A stretch of 64,000 nt of DNA from Planctomycetia bacterium (lineage in GTDB: Bacteria; Planctomycetota; Planctomycetia; Pirellulales; UBA1268): positions 5,424 through 69,423 of the forward strand of contig JAIOPD010000015.1 of NCBI GenBank assembly GCA_021414115.1. Direction: 5' to 3'. Made by a program: the position numbers and the translations under genes. Of this stretch, positions 1 to 10,372 are shown piece after piece (positions within the stretch are counted from its first letter, which is position 1; each line of letters starts with the position of its first letter). The notes below the pieces were generated by a model that was not told the DNA's origin, did not search any database, and saw only the letters and a list, made by a program, of their open reading frames with translations.

Positions 1-70
1 CGAATCGATGCATGCCCCGATGAAGGTTTCTTTCCAAACGATGGTTTCCCCTGTGAAGAAGGAGAGCGTG

Positions 71-550
71 ATGCGTTTCATGAAGCGGTGCCAGGCGGTA
101 GCGCTGATGTGCGGGCTGGCAGCGGTCGGGGCACGGTTGGAGGCGGCACCTGCGGCGGGGCATGCCCATGCTCATCCGACCGAGGGGCCGCACCACGGCG
201 GGCTCATCGAGCTCGGCAAGGAGGACTACCACGCGGAACTCGTGCACGACGACGCGACCGACACCGTCACGATCCACATCCTCGACTCATCCGCGACGAA
301 GCCCGTGCCGATCACGGCGAAGCAGCTCACGCTCAACATGCGAACCGCCGGCAAGCCCCAGCAGTTCACGCTGTCCGCGCAGCCGCAGAAGGGGGACGCT
401 GCCGGCTCGGCATCGGCCTTCGCCACGACGAGCAAGGAAATCTGCCGGGCGATCGATGGCAGCGGTGCGTCGGGCCGCCTCAACGTCGAGATCGGCGGAA
501 AGATCTACGTCGGCAAGGTCGGAGGCCACTCGCACAACCACAAGCACTGA
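71..550 (+). CDS. secreted His-rich protein, putative periplasmic metal-binding protein
   Basis: ORF 8..550. The ATG at 71 is preceded by GAAGGAGAG. Signal-like N-terminus MRFMKRCQAVALMCGLAAVGARLEA. The mature N-terminus (GHAHAHPTEGPHHGG) and the C-terminus (GGHSHNHKH) are His clusters. Function is inferred from composition only. Confidence 0.6.
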   Translation: MRFMKRCQAVALMCGLAAVGARLEAAPAAGHAHAHPTEGPHHGGLIELGKEDYHAELVHDDATDTVTIHILDSSATKPVPITAKQLTLNMRTAGKPQQFTLSAQPQKGDAAGSASAFATTSKEICRAIDGSGASGRLNVEIGGKIYVGKVGGHSHNHKH

Positions 551-609
551 TCGGCCGAGGACAGACCGCGGAACGAGTCGGCCGGCGCGACACCAACTTC
601 GGATGCGGT

Positions 610-2145
610 CTAGCGAATCTTCACGTCAGGCAGCGCGGTGTCGATGCCCTCGTCGAGAGGCATCGTGTCCTTGCCATCGGCCAGGCCATGGGTGGCGAGG
701 AGGTCGGCCAGCCCGCGTTCGAGGTCAGCTCGGATCGCGGCGTGGGCCGGATCGTCGGCGAGGTTGTGCAATTCGTCGGGATCGGCCACGAGATCGTAGA
801 GTTCCGGCGGGTGCCGGTCGGGAGAGCCGTCGCCGTGCGGGTAGCGGATGAACTTCCAGCAGTCGGTGCGGATGCCGCGAATGTTCGGCGTGTAGGGGAA
901 CGGCTTCTCGTAGTTGTATTCATAGAGCCAGGCAGTGCGCCAGGCGGGATCGCCGGTCGTCGTGAGTTTTACCCAGGAACGGCCGTCGCATGCAGCGAGC
1001 GGTTGGGCCGCGCAGGCCTCGAGGATGCTCGGTGCGACGTCCTCGGTGAGTACCTGCTCGTTCACCACGCGACTCCGCGGCAATCCCGGACCGCGGGCGA
1101 TGAGCGGGATGCGGATGCTCGGCTCGTGCATCGTCCGCTTGTCGATCATGCCGTGCTCACCCTCCAAGAGGCCGTTGTCGCCCATGAACACGACGATCGT
1201 GTTTGCAAGTTGGTCGGTCGAGCGGAGAAAGTCGATGAGCCTCCCCACACTGTCATCGACCGAGAGCACCGTGCCCCAGTAGGCATGCACCATGTTCTCG
1301 AAGTCCTTCACCGCTTCCGGCCGCGAGTCGGGAAAGTTTTTTCGCCACTCGAAGAGCGGGCCGTGGATGCCGTGCCAGGTCGGGAGACGCTGGCGGATCC
1401 AGTCCGGCTTGCCGTCGAGCCGGGAGCCGCTGGGTGGATAGGCTACGCGGACATCGTCGAACGCATGGGCGTATTGAGGCTCCGGAAAATAGAACGAGTG
1501 CGGCGCCTTGTGGCCGATGCAGAGGGCCCAGGGCTGCTCGCCGGGCCGCTTCCGCAGCCAGTCGAGGGCATAGTCGGTGACGACGTGGGTGTAGTAGCCC
1601 GGGGGCGTTTCGTGGCCCGCACCATTGACGTTCCACTCCGTGTCGAAATATTTGCCCTGTCCCTTGTGCGAGACGAACCAATCGAAACCCGGACGCGGGT
1701 CGTCGTTGTCCTCGCCCATGTGCCACTTGCCGACGTACGCCGTGGCGTAGCCTTGCTCGCGGAGACGGCCCGGCCAGTGGGTGATCCCGGCCGGCAGCTC
1801 GGTGAAGTTGTTACGGACGCCGTGGGCATGGGCGTAGCGACCGCTGAGGATGCTTGCCCGACTCGGCGAACAGAGGGATGTCGTGCAGAAGGCGTTGGCA
1901 AACCGCACGCCCTCCGCGGCGAGGGCGTCGATCTGCGGCGTCTTCACGTGTTTCGAGCCATAGCAGCCGAGGGCGTCTGGCCGCAGGTCGTCGCAGAGGA
2001 TGAAGAGCACGTTGGGTCGCGGCCCGGGCTCGACCGCGGTGGCCCGCGGGCCAGCGGCGAGAGCGGTTGCGATCCCGAGCAGGGCCAAGACGGTCCATCT
2101 CATGCGGAACAGTGTCCATCTGGGTGGTGGTGGGGAGGAAGTCAT
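610..2145 (-). CDS. secreted sulfatase (formylglycine-dependent type I sulfatase family)
   Basis: C-terminal 511 codons of ORF 610..3279. Signal peptide MRWTVLALLGIATALAAG. Motifs PNVLFILCDDLRPD and CTTSLCSPSRASILSGRY (the C-x-P-x-R formylglycine motif). The start is ATG 2145 or ATG 2103; the upstream part of the ORF is antisense to mmsA and spurious. Confidence 0.9.
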   Translation of the reverse strand: MTSSPPPPRWTLFRMRWTVLALLGIATALAAGPRATAVEPGPRPNVLFILCDDLRPDALGCYGSKHVKTPQIDALAAEGVRFANAFCTTSLCSPSRASILSGRYAHAHGVRNNFTELPAGITHWPGRLREQGYATAYVGKWHMGEDNDDPRPGFDWFVSHKGQGKYFDTEWNVNGAGHETPPGYYTHVVTDYALDWLRKRPGEQPWALCIGHKAPHSFYFPEPQYAHAFDDVRVAYPPSGSRLDGKPDWIRQRLPTWHGIHGPLFEWRKNFPDSRPEAVKDFENMVHAYWGTVLSVDDSVGRLIDFLRSTDQLANTIVVFMGDNGLLEGEHGMIDKRTMHEPSIRIPLIARGPGLPRSRVVNEQVLTEDVAPSILEACAAQPLAACDGRSWVKLTTTGDPAWRTAWLYEYNYEKPFPYTPNIRGIRTDCWKFIRYPHGDGSPDRHPPELYDLVADPDELHNLADDPAHAAIRADLERGLADLLATHGLADGKDTMPLDEGIDTALPDVKIR

Positions 2146-2197
2146 CAGGCGTCTTTGCGTCGGCGTGGCGATCCGTGAGCCTTGGCATCGGGTGTCT

Positions 2198-2390
2198 GGG
2201 ACGCCCGCAGCGCGAGCGACGGGAGAGCGGGTGGCCGCCCGAAGCGGTGCCGAGGAGCGGCTTGGGATGGAGAGCGTTGACCCCGCCCGGGCTTTTGGGG
2301 ATTCCAGTCGGGAACCGATGTCGATGGTAGCGTGCCGCGGAGCGAGGTGGAACCCGGAGTCCCCACGCTTCCGCTTGGGGCTTCCTGACG
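2198..2390 (+). repeat. family B palindromic intergenic repeat, long copy (B4)
   Basis: The left end gggacgcccgcagcgcgagcgacgggagagcggg and right end ccccacgcttccgcttggggcttcctgacg match the ends of the copies at 7074, 25735 (reverse) and 63077. It has an extra internal segment. It lies in the divergent sulfatase/mmsA intergenic region. Confidence 0.55.
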
Positions 2391-2478
2391 GAGAACACGG
2401 CTCAGCATGCTCATGCAGGATGGCGTGGGCTGCAGGTACACTGGCTGCCTTCCGCCGGGTCATTCGGAGCACCGTGCC

Positions 2479-3972
2479 ATGCCGCAACTCGTTCCCTGCC
2501 CGCTGTTCATCGGCGGCGAATGGATCACCGTCTCCGGAGTGCCGACCACACCGGTCCACAACCCATCGGTCGGCGAGGTGATCGCCGAGACGCCGATGTG
2601 CGGCGGTGATGTCGTCGATCAGGCCGTGCAGGCGGCGGCAGAGGCGTTTCCCAAGTGGATGGAGACACCGCCGGTTGAACGGGCCCGGATCCTGTTTCGC
2701 CTCAAGGTGCTCCTCGAAGACCACTTCGACGAACTCGCGCGGAGCGTGACCACCGAGCACGGCAAGACGCTCGCCGAGGCGCGGGGGGACGTTCGCCGCG
2801 GCCTCGAGAACATCGAGTTTGCCTGCGGCGCGCCGAGCCTGCTCATGGGCGAGTCGGCCGAGAACATCGCCCGGGGCATCGACTGCGACTCGATCCGTCA
2901 GCCGCTCGGGGTCGTGGCCGGCATCACCCCCTTCAACTTTCCCGCGATGGTGCCGCTCTGGATGTGGCCGATCGCCGTCGCCTGCGGCAACACCTTCGTG
3001 CTCAAGCCGAGCGAGAAGGTGCCGCTGACGACCAACCGGATCGCCGAGCTGGCCCGGCAGGCCGGCCTGCCGCCGGGCGTGCTCAACGTGGTGCATGGCG
3101 GCCGCGAGGCGGTGACGGCGATCCTCGAGCATCCCACGGTCAAGGCGATCTCGTTCGTCGGCTCGACGCCGATCGCCCGCGAGATCCACCGGATCGGCAC
3201 GCTGCACGGCAAGCGGGTGCAGGCCGCCGGCGGCGCCAAGAACTTCGTGCTCGTGATGCCCGACGCCGACGTCACGCACTCATCGACGGGCATTCTCGAA
3301 GCCGCCTTCGGCTGTGCCGGCGAGCGGTGCATGGCGGGCTCGACCGCCGTGGCGATCGGCAAGGCAGCCGAGACGGTGCTGCCGCAGCTCGTCGACATCG
3401 TCTCGAAGATCAGGGTGGGCCCCACCGACCGGGATCCCGAGGCGCAGATGGGGGCGGTGATCACCCGGCAGCATGCCGAACGGGTGTGCGAGCTGATCTC
3501 ACAGGCCGCGGGCCAGGGGGCGAAGCCGCTCACCGATGGCCGCACGACGAAGGTGGCGGCGGCCCCCGGAGGATTCTTCGTGGGCCCCACCGTGCTCGAC
3601 CACGTGCGGCCCGACATGATCACGATGCAGGAAGAAGTCTTCGGCCCGGTGCTCAACGTCGTGCGGATGGACGATCTCGACGCCGCGATCGAACTGGCCA
3701 ACACGTCGGCCTACGGCAACGGCGCGGCCATCTTCACTCGCAGCGGCAAGGCGGCTCGCGAGTTTCGCCACCGCGTGCAGGCGGGCATGGTCGGGATCAA
3801 CATCGGCGTGCCCGCACCGATGGCCTTCTTCCCGTTCAGCGGCTGGCATGCGTCGTTCTTCGGCGACCTCCACCTGCAGGGCCGCGAGAGCGTGGCCTTC
3901 TACACGCAACAGAAGGTGACGACGACCCGCTGGTTCAGTTACGGCGAGGGTTCGATCTGGGCCGATCGCTGA
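2479..3972 (+). CDS. mmsA: CoA-acylating methylmalonate-/malonate-semialdehyde dehydrogenase
   Basis: ORF 2407..3972 with the ATG at 2479. Aldehyde dehydrogenase motifs FVLKPSEKVP and catalytic-Cys context FGCAGERCMA. The N-terminal FIGGEW...HNPS pattern is typical of MmsA. Confidence 0.9.
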   Translation: MPQLVPCPLFIGGEWITVSGVPTTPVHNPSVGEVIAETPMCGGDVVDQAVQAAAEAFPKWMETPPVERARILFRLKVLLEDHFDELARSVTTEHGKTLAEARGDVRRGLENIEFACGAPSLLMGESAENIARGIDCDSIRQPLGVVAGITPFNFPAMVPLWMWPIAVACGNTFVLKPSEKVPLTTNRIAELARQAGLPPGVLNVVHGGREAVTAILEHPTVKAISFVGSTPIAREIHRIGTLHGKRVQAAGGAKNFVLVMPDADVTHSSTGILEAAFGCAGERCMAGSTAVAIGKAAETVLPQLVDIVSKIRVGPTDRDPEAQMGAVITRQHAERVCELISQAAGQGAKPLTDGRTTKVAAAPGGFFVGPTVLDHVRPDMITMQEEVFGPVLNVVRMDDLDAAIELANTSAYGNGAAIFTRSGKAAREFRHRVQAGMVGINIGVPAPMAFFPFSGWHASFFGDLHLQGRESVAFYTQQKVTTTRWFSYGEGSIWADR

Positions 3973-3988
3973 TCCTTCGGGGGCACCC

Positions 3989-5371
3989 ATGGCACTGCTC
4001 ATCACGAATGCCGACATCGTCAATGCCGACACCCGGTATACGGCCGACATTCTCTGCGAAGGCGACACGATCACCCGGATCGACCGGGGCATCGCCCCGC
4101 CCCCCGACGCCGAGGTGATCGACGCGACGGGGAAGCATGTCTTCCCGGGCTTCATCGACCCCCACACCCACATCTACCTGCCCTTCATGGGCACGTTCTC
4201 GAAGGACGACTACGAGACGGGCACGAAGGCGGCCCTCGTCGGCGGCACGACCACGATCTTCGAGATGGTCTGCCCGGCCCGCGACATGCCCGCCGCGGAG
4301 GGCTTCGACCTGTGGACATCGCAGGCGGAAGGCAAGGCCTGCTGCGACTACTCGTTTCACATGGGCGTGACCCGGTTCGATGCCGACGCGGCCGCTCAGC
4401 TCCGCGAGATCGTCCGGCAGGGCGTCGGCAGCTTCAAGGTGTTTCTCGCCTACAAGGGAGCCTTCGGCGTGGATGACGCCGAACTCTGGCAGACGCTGAC
4501 ACTGGCCCGAGAGTTGGGCGTGGTCGTCACCGCGCACTGCGAAAATGAAACCCTCGTGGCCGCGCTGCAGAAGCAGCTGCTCGCAGCCGGCCGCACCGGC
4601 CCCGACGCCCATCACGACAGCCGCCCGCCCCGCGTCGAGGCCGAGGGCGTGCACCACCTGATGACCTTTGCGCAACTCACGGGCGCCCGCGTCTACATCG
4701 TGCACCTGTCGTGCCGCGAGGCGCTCGACGAGGCCGTCGCCGCGCGGCAGCGCGGCGTGGACGTCTCCGTGGAGACGCTCATCCAATACCTCGTCCTCGA
4801 CAAGACCTGGGCCGAGAAGCCCGGCTTCGAGGGGGCGAAGTACGTGATGTCGCCGCCGCTCCGCGATGCCGCGAATCAGGCCGTGCTCTGGAACGGCCTG
4901 CGGAGCGGACTCGTGAACACGGTCGGCACCGATCATGCCCCGTTCGACTTCGTGACCCAGAAGCCGATGGGCAAAGACGACTTCACGAAGATCCCCAACG
5001 GCATCCCGTCGATCGAGGACCGCATCAACCTCCTCTGGACCCACGGCGTAAAGACGGGCCGGCTTTCCCTGCAGCAGTTCGTCGCCGTGGCGAGCACCAA
5101 CGCGGCGAAGATCTTCGACCTCTTCCCCCGCAAGGGCGTGATCCAGCCGGGTGCCGACGCCGACCTCGTGATCTACGACCCGTCCTACCGCGGCACGCTC
5201 TCGGCCAAGACGCAGACGCAGAACGTCGACTACAACGCCTTCGAGGGCTTTCCGATCGAAGGCCGACCGGCCGTGGTCACGGTCCGCGGCGAGGTGGCAG
5301 TTCGCGACGGCCGCTTCTGCGGCACCGTCGGCCGCGGACGATTCCTCAAGCGAACGCCCTCTCCGGTGTGA
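3989..5371 (+). CDS. hydA: dihydropyrimidinase / D-hydantoinase
   Basis: ATG at 3989. Cyclic amidohydrolase motifs PGFIDPHTHIYLPFMG, FKVFLAYKG (carboxylated Lys context) and GTDHAPF. Confidence 0.9.
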   Translation: MALLITNADIVNADTRYTADILCEGDTITRIDRGIAPPPDAEVIDATGKHVFPGFIDPHTHIYLPFMGTFSKDDYETGTKAALVGGTTTIFEMVCPARDMPAAEGFDLWTSQAEGKACCDYSFHMGVTRFDADAAAQLREIVRQGVGSFKVFLAYKGAFGVDDAELWQTLTLARELGVVVTAHCENETLVAALQKQLLAAGRTGPDAHHDSRPPRVEAEGVHHLMTFAQLTGARVYIVHLSCREALDEAVAARQRGVDVSVETLIQYLVLDKTWAEKPGFEGAKYVMSPPLRDAANQAVLWNGLRSGLVNTVGTDHAPFDFVTQKPMGKDDFTKIPNGIPSIEDRINLLWTHGVKTGRLSLQQFVAVASTNAAKIFDLFPRKGVIQPGADADLVIYDPSYRGTLSAKTQTQNVDYNAFEGFPIEGRPAVVTVRGEVAVRDGRFCGTVGRGRFLKRTPSPV

Positions 5372-5390
5372 TGTCGCGCAGCGCTCTCCC

Positions 5391-6863
<1,473 letters not shown>

Positions 6864-6913
6864 AGCGCATCCGACTTTCGTCTATCGCCAGACGGGGACC
6901 CGAGTGGTGGGTC

Positions 6914-7046
6914 GGGGCTTCCCGTTCCCCGAGAGCCGGACGTTCGCTCCGTCCATCCTGGACTCCGCTCACTCGGATGCCGCCTGCGCTTCGCCATCCT
7001 GGCTGCGCTTGGCGGCAACGCCGGCTCTCGGGGCACGGGCAGCCCC
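6914..7046 (+). repeat. family A palindromic repeat (A1), about 133 bp with terminal inverted repeats
   Basis: Ends ggggcttcccgttccccgagagcc (6914..6937) and ggctctcggggcacgggcagcccc (7023..7046) are complementary at 22/24 positions. The core ggacgttcgctccgtccatcctggactccgctc...cgccatcctggct aligns with the copies at 32226..32362 (reverse) and 45731..45869. Confidence 0.75.
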
Positions 7047-7073
7047 TCGCGGGTGCTCGCTTGTGTTTGTCGC

Positions 7074-7176
7074 TCGGGAAGCCCGGAGCGCGAGCGACGG
7101 GTAAACGGGTCGCGAGGTGGGCCAGCGGCGGAGAGCTGGTTGAGGTTGAGGACTGAGCTCCCGTGCTCACGCTCGA
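7074..7176 (+). repeat. family B palindromic repeat (B1)
   Basis: tcgggaagcccggagcgcgagcgacgggtaaacggg ... cccgtgctcacgctcgag. The two arms are imperfectly complementary. It lies immediately next to A1. Confidence 0.55.
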
Positions 7177-7233
7177 GAGCGCATCCGACGTTGGTGTCTT
7201 GCAGACGCTCGTCGAGCGTTCGCCGACTCTCTA

Positions 7234-7266
7234 CGCCTACCCGTTCTGGATTGCCAAAACAACGCT
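7234..7266 (+). repeat. family C short repeat (C1)
   Basis: cgcctacccgttctggattgccaaaacaacgct resembles cgcctacccgccctggtttgccaaaacgacgct at 29021. The associated motif agagcgcatccg also occurs at 6862, 7177 and, reversed, at 29064. Confidence 0.45.
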
Positions 7267-8317
7267 ACGCATCGCGCTCATCTGCGTCGAGGCGGTGGCG
7301 GGCGAGGGTGGCCCACGGACTTTCCGGCGCGAGGGCGAGGAACCGCCGGAGGTGGTGCGCCGCCTCGTCGTCGAGCCCCGTCTCCTGCAACACGCCCGCC
7401 ATGTGCCAGTGGGCGTCGGCGTAGGCCGGCTCCTGGCGGAGAACGCCTTCGAGGGCGGCCAGGGCGAGTTCGTGTTCACCGAGTTCCGCGAGCACGCAGC
7501 CGAGGCTCGAGCGGGCTTGCAGATGGTCGGGATCGAGCTCGATCACCGCGTAGTAGCGCTCACGTGCGGCCGTCAGATCGCCCGCCCGGTAGAGCAGCTC
7601 GGCCAGCATGAACATCACGCGGGCCGTCGGGCCCTGGGCCTGGAGCACGGCGCGGAGCGCCTCGGCGGCCTCGACAAACTCTCCCGCAGCCTCGAGGTCG
7701 TCGGCGAGATCGAGAATCTCGGCCACATCGCCGGGAGCGGGAGGATTCGTCAGCTCGTCGCTCTCCGGCAGTTGCTCGCGAACCGCCGAGCGTCGGGCCG
7801 GCAGCCCGACGACGGTCGGCATCTCCGGCGGTTCTGGCTGGGCCAGTGGCGCCGTGTAGAAGACGAACTGCAACTGGCCTCCCGCGGCGAGCAGCCGTGA
7901 GCCGTCGTCGAGGCTCAGCCGCCGGCCGTCGATCCGCACCCGGCCCAAGGCGGCGGCCGCCGCCCGGGCACCGCCCGGTGCGAGGTCGGCGAGCTTGGCG
8001 TCGATCTCACGCAGCGAGAGCCCTTGGTCGAGGAGTCGGGCCAGATGGCGGCCCACGACGAGCTGCTCGAAATCGAACCATTCGACCGAGCCCACACCCT
8101 TCACGACCTCGAGCAGTCCGCCGCGGACCCAGTGCCGGATGGCTGCCGGTGGCACGTCGAGCACCGCCGCCATCATCGCGGACGTATGGAGCCGGCGCAC
8201 GCCCGGATGGTCCGCGGGATGCTCGTCGGCGAGCAAGGCCCGCGGGGAAGGCCGGCTGCGGCGCGACGGCAGCAGCCCGCGCTGAGGTGTCTGGTCGTCC
8301 TTGACCTCGTGTGACAT
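7265..8317 (-). CDS. MerR-like HTH domain protein with C-terminal TPR repeats
   Basis: In-frame ATG at 8317 within ORF 7265..8689. HTH-like MMAAVLDVPPAAIRHWVRGGLLE. The C-terminal half has TPR-like repeats (AEALRAVLQAQG..., AELLYRAGDLTAARERYYAVIELDPDH, ...CVLAELGEHELALAALEGVLRQEP). The start is uncertain. Confidence 0.7.
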   Translation of the reverse strand: MSHEVKDDQTPQRGLLPSRRSRPSPRALLADEHPADHPGVRRLHTSAMMAAVLDVPPAAIRHWVRGGLLEVVKGVGSVEWFDFEQLVVGRHLARLLDQGLSLREIDAKLADLAPGGARAAAAALGRVRIDGRRLSLDDGSRLLAAGGQLQFVFYTAPLAQPEPPEMPTVVGLPARRSAVREQLPESDELTNPPAPGDVAEILDLADDLEAAGEFVEAAEALRAVLQAQGPTARVMFMLAELLYRAGDLTAARERYYAVIELDPDHLQARSSLGCVLAELGEHELALAALEGVLRQEPAYADAHWHMAGVLQETGLDDEAAHHLRRFLALAPESPWATLARHRLDADERDA

Positions 8318-8450
8318 GCATGAGCTTCCGGCGGCGATCGCAGGAATGTACTCCGCGCATGCACTGCTGCCAAACGCTGAGCGCAGTATGGGGAGAAGCT
8401 GCTCGGCAACGGTCACACCAAGCGAGCACCGCGGGCCGCAGCGGGCGAGC

Positions 8451-10166
8451 TCAGGTCGTGTGATCGGTAGGGATCGGCCGGAGAAAGCCGGTGCCCGACG
8501 TGCCGGAGGCCGGCACATCGCGAGGATCGTGAACCGGCGGAGCGGGCTCGACGGCGGGGCCCAGCGGGGCGATGGTCGGCGCATTCTCGGCGGGAACGGT
8601 TGCCGCCGGCCCGGGAGTGGGAGCAGAAGGGATGCTCTTGATGCGGCTCGGCGAGTCCGCATCGGTCGGGGTGGCCGGCTTCTCCGCACGATAGGCCTCG
8701 GGTTCGGTCTTCGAGGGGGCGGGGCGCTCAGGCATCTCGGCTGACTTCCAGCCGTCGGCGGCTGGAGCAGGGGTGCCGGCCGGCTTTTCGCTGAACGTCT
8801 TCATCGGACCGCCATCGGCCGGTGCCGAGGCGGGCGGCGTGGTGGGGCGAGCCGACGATGCGGCGGGTGCGGGAATCGTCTCGTAGCTCGCGGCCGCGGC
8901 AGGCATGGCCGGGGCAGCCGTGGCGGGAGCGTTCATCGCGGGAGCGGCGGGCACGGGGTTGCCACAGGGATCGAGTGGCACCTTCGTGACCACGGTCCGC
9001 GGCATGCGGACGGTGTAGGTGTAGGGGGTCTTCTTCTCGACCACCCGCGGCACCTGCATCGTCCGCTCCTCGGTGACGTACTTCATCACCTGCACCTGCA
9101 CGGGCTCGACCTTTTCCTCGGTGACGTACTTGCACACCTGGAAGGCGACCTGCCGAACCTGCTCCTCTGGAACCATTTTCATGACCTGGACGGGCACCTT
9201 GTTGTCGACCCGCTCCACGACCTTCCGCACGGTCTGCACGGGCACCTGCCGCACGGCGGTCTCGGCCACCATCTTCATGCTCTGCACGGGCACCTGCTGC
9301 ACCACCTGCTCGTCGATGTAGCGCACGGTCTGCACCGGCACCTTCTGGGTGACCACGCGATTGACCATCGTGGTCTCGGGCACCTGCACCGGCGTGTAGG
9401 TTGGCTGGTAGACGCGATTGACTTGATTGACCACCGCGCCGGGCGTCATCACCCAGGCGTAGCCGCCCCGCTGCCAGACGGCCAGACCGGTGAGGGGATC
9501 GACGACCCAGCCGCCCGGTGCGTAGGCGAGACCGGTCGAGCCCGGCGTGACGACTGGCGTGACGGTGTCGACGGCCTGACTGCCGACCGAGTAGGCGGTT
9601 CGCATCTGGGTGACTGGCTCGGAGACGGTGTAGGCCTGCTCACGCTCGCTCGTCTCGTAGACGGGCTTTCGCACCGTGGTCACCTGCTGCTGCATCACGG
9701 TCTCGTAGACCGGCTTCATCACGGTGTATTGCTCCTCGCGGGTGGCCGTTTCGACCACATCGCGGGTGACGTCGTAGCTGCGGTCCTCGACCACGGTCTC
9801 GTAAACCGGCTTCATGACCGTGAAGCGTTCCTCGCGGGTCTGCGTCTCCCAGACCGGCCGCTGCACTGTGTAACGACGCTCTTGCGTCTGAGTCTCCATG
9901 ACCGGCTTCTGGACGGTGTAAGACTTCGTGTCGTAGACGGTTTCGGTGGACACCCGGTAGGCCGTTACCTGCTGCTCGTCATAGACGGTCTTGTAGTCGA
10001 GGCGGTACGTCTGCGTGGGGACCGCCACGGAGGCGGGCGCGGCACCGCAGCCGCACTCTGCGGTCGCGCTTTGCATGACGGGAGCCTGCGGGGCGAGCAC
10101 GAGGCCCGCGCAAACAAGCGACTGCAGGCGGCGGAGAAAGGACGGTCGGGTACGGTTCGTGATCAT
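8451..10166 (-). CDS. secreted repeat protein (YTV-type repeats, then VPVQ repeats, then a Pro/Ala-rich tail)
   Basis: ATG at 10166 with GGAGAG upstream. Signal-like N-terminus. About seven units of roughly 16 aa (YTVQKPVMETQTQERR / YTVQRPVWETQTREER / FTVMKPVYETVVEDRS ...), then repeated (Q)VPVQ(T/S)(V/M)(R/K) units, then a low-complexity P/A/T tail. Confidence 0.85.
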   Translation of the reverse strand: MITNRTRPSFLRRLQSLVCAGLVLAPQAPVMQSATAECGCGAAPASVAVPTQTYRLDYKTVYDEQQVTAYRVSTETVYDTKSYTVQKPVMETQTQERRYTVQRPVWETQTREERFTVMKPVYETVVEDRSYDVTRDVVETATREEQYTVMKPVYETVMQQQVTTVRKPVYETSEREQAYTVSEPVTQMRTAYSVGSQAVDTVTPVVTPGSTGLAYAPGGWVVDPLTGLAVWQRGGYAWVMTPGAVVNQVNRVYQPTYTPVQVPETTMVNRVVTQKVPVQTVRYIDEQVVQQVPVQSMKMVAETAVRQVPVQTVRKVVERVDNKVPVQVMKMVPEEQVRQVAFQVCKYVTEEKVEPVQVQVMKYVTEERTMQVPRVVEKKTPYTYTVRMPRTVVTKVPLDPCGNPVPAAPAMNAPATAAPAMPAAAASYETIPAPAASSARPTTPPASAPADGGPMKTFSEKPAGTPAPAADGWKSAEMPERPAPSKTEPEAYRAEKPATPTDADSPSRIKSIPSAPTPGPAATVPAENAPTIAPLGPAVEPAPPVHDPRDVPASGTSGTGFLRPIPTDHTT

Positions 10167-10232
10167 GGGTTCTCTCCTGGAAAGACCCTTCGAGACTAAT
10201 CCGGTCTACGCAGGCCACAAGCGGTGAGTTGA

Positions 10233-10260
10233 GAAAAACTTCCGGTTTTTTCCCGGAAAA
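10233..10260 (-). terminator. weak candidate intrinsic terminator downstream of the DUF1854 gene
   Basis: The minus strand reads TTCCGG-GAAAAAA-CCGGAA followed by GTTTTTCTC. The stem is only 6 bp, so support is weak. Confidence 0.35.
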
Positions 10261-10372
10261 AAGGCCTCCCGTCCCGCAGGAACGGTGCAACCCGTCCATC
10301 TTACGGCCCCGGGGAAGGGTCTTCGCACGATGCGGGTCAACCTGGCGAGTCGGCGCAGGCTGCGGACCTGGG

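Noticed and set aside
88-2178. 696-aa plus-strand ORF (also 162..851 and 935..1282)
   Set aside because: It lies antisense to the well-supported sulfatase gene. Its composition is extremely Arg/Gly/Ala/Pro-rich with no recognisable motif. This is the typical shadow ORF of a high-G+C genome.
2146-3279. N-terminal 378 codons of the 889-aa ORF 610..3279
   Set aside because: This part is antisense to mmsA and runs over repeat B4. The sulfatase signal peptide and start codons lie at 2145 and 2103.
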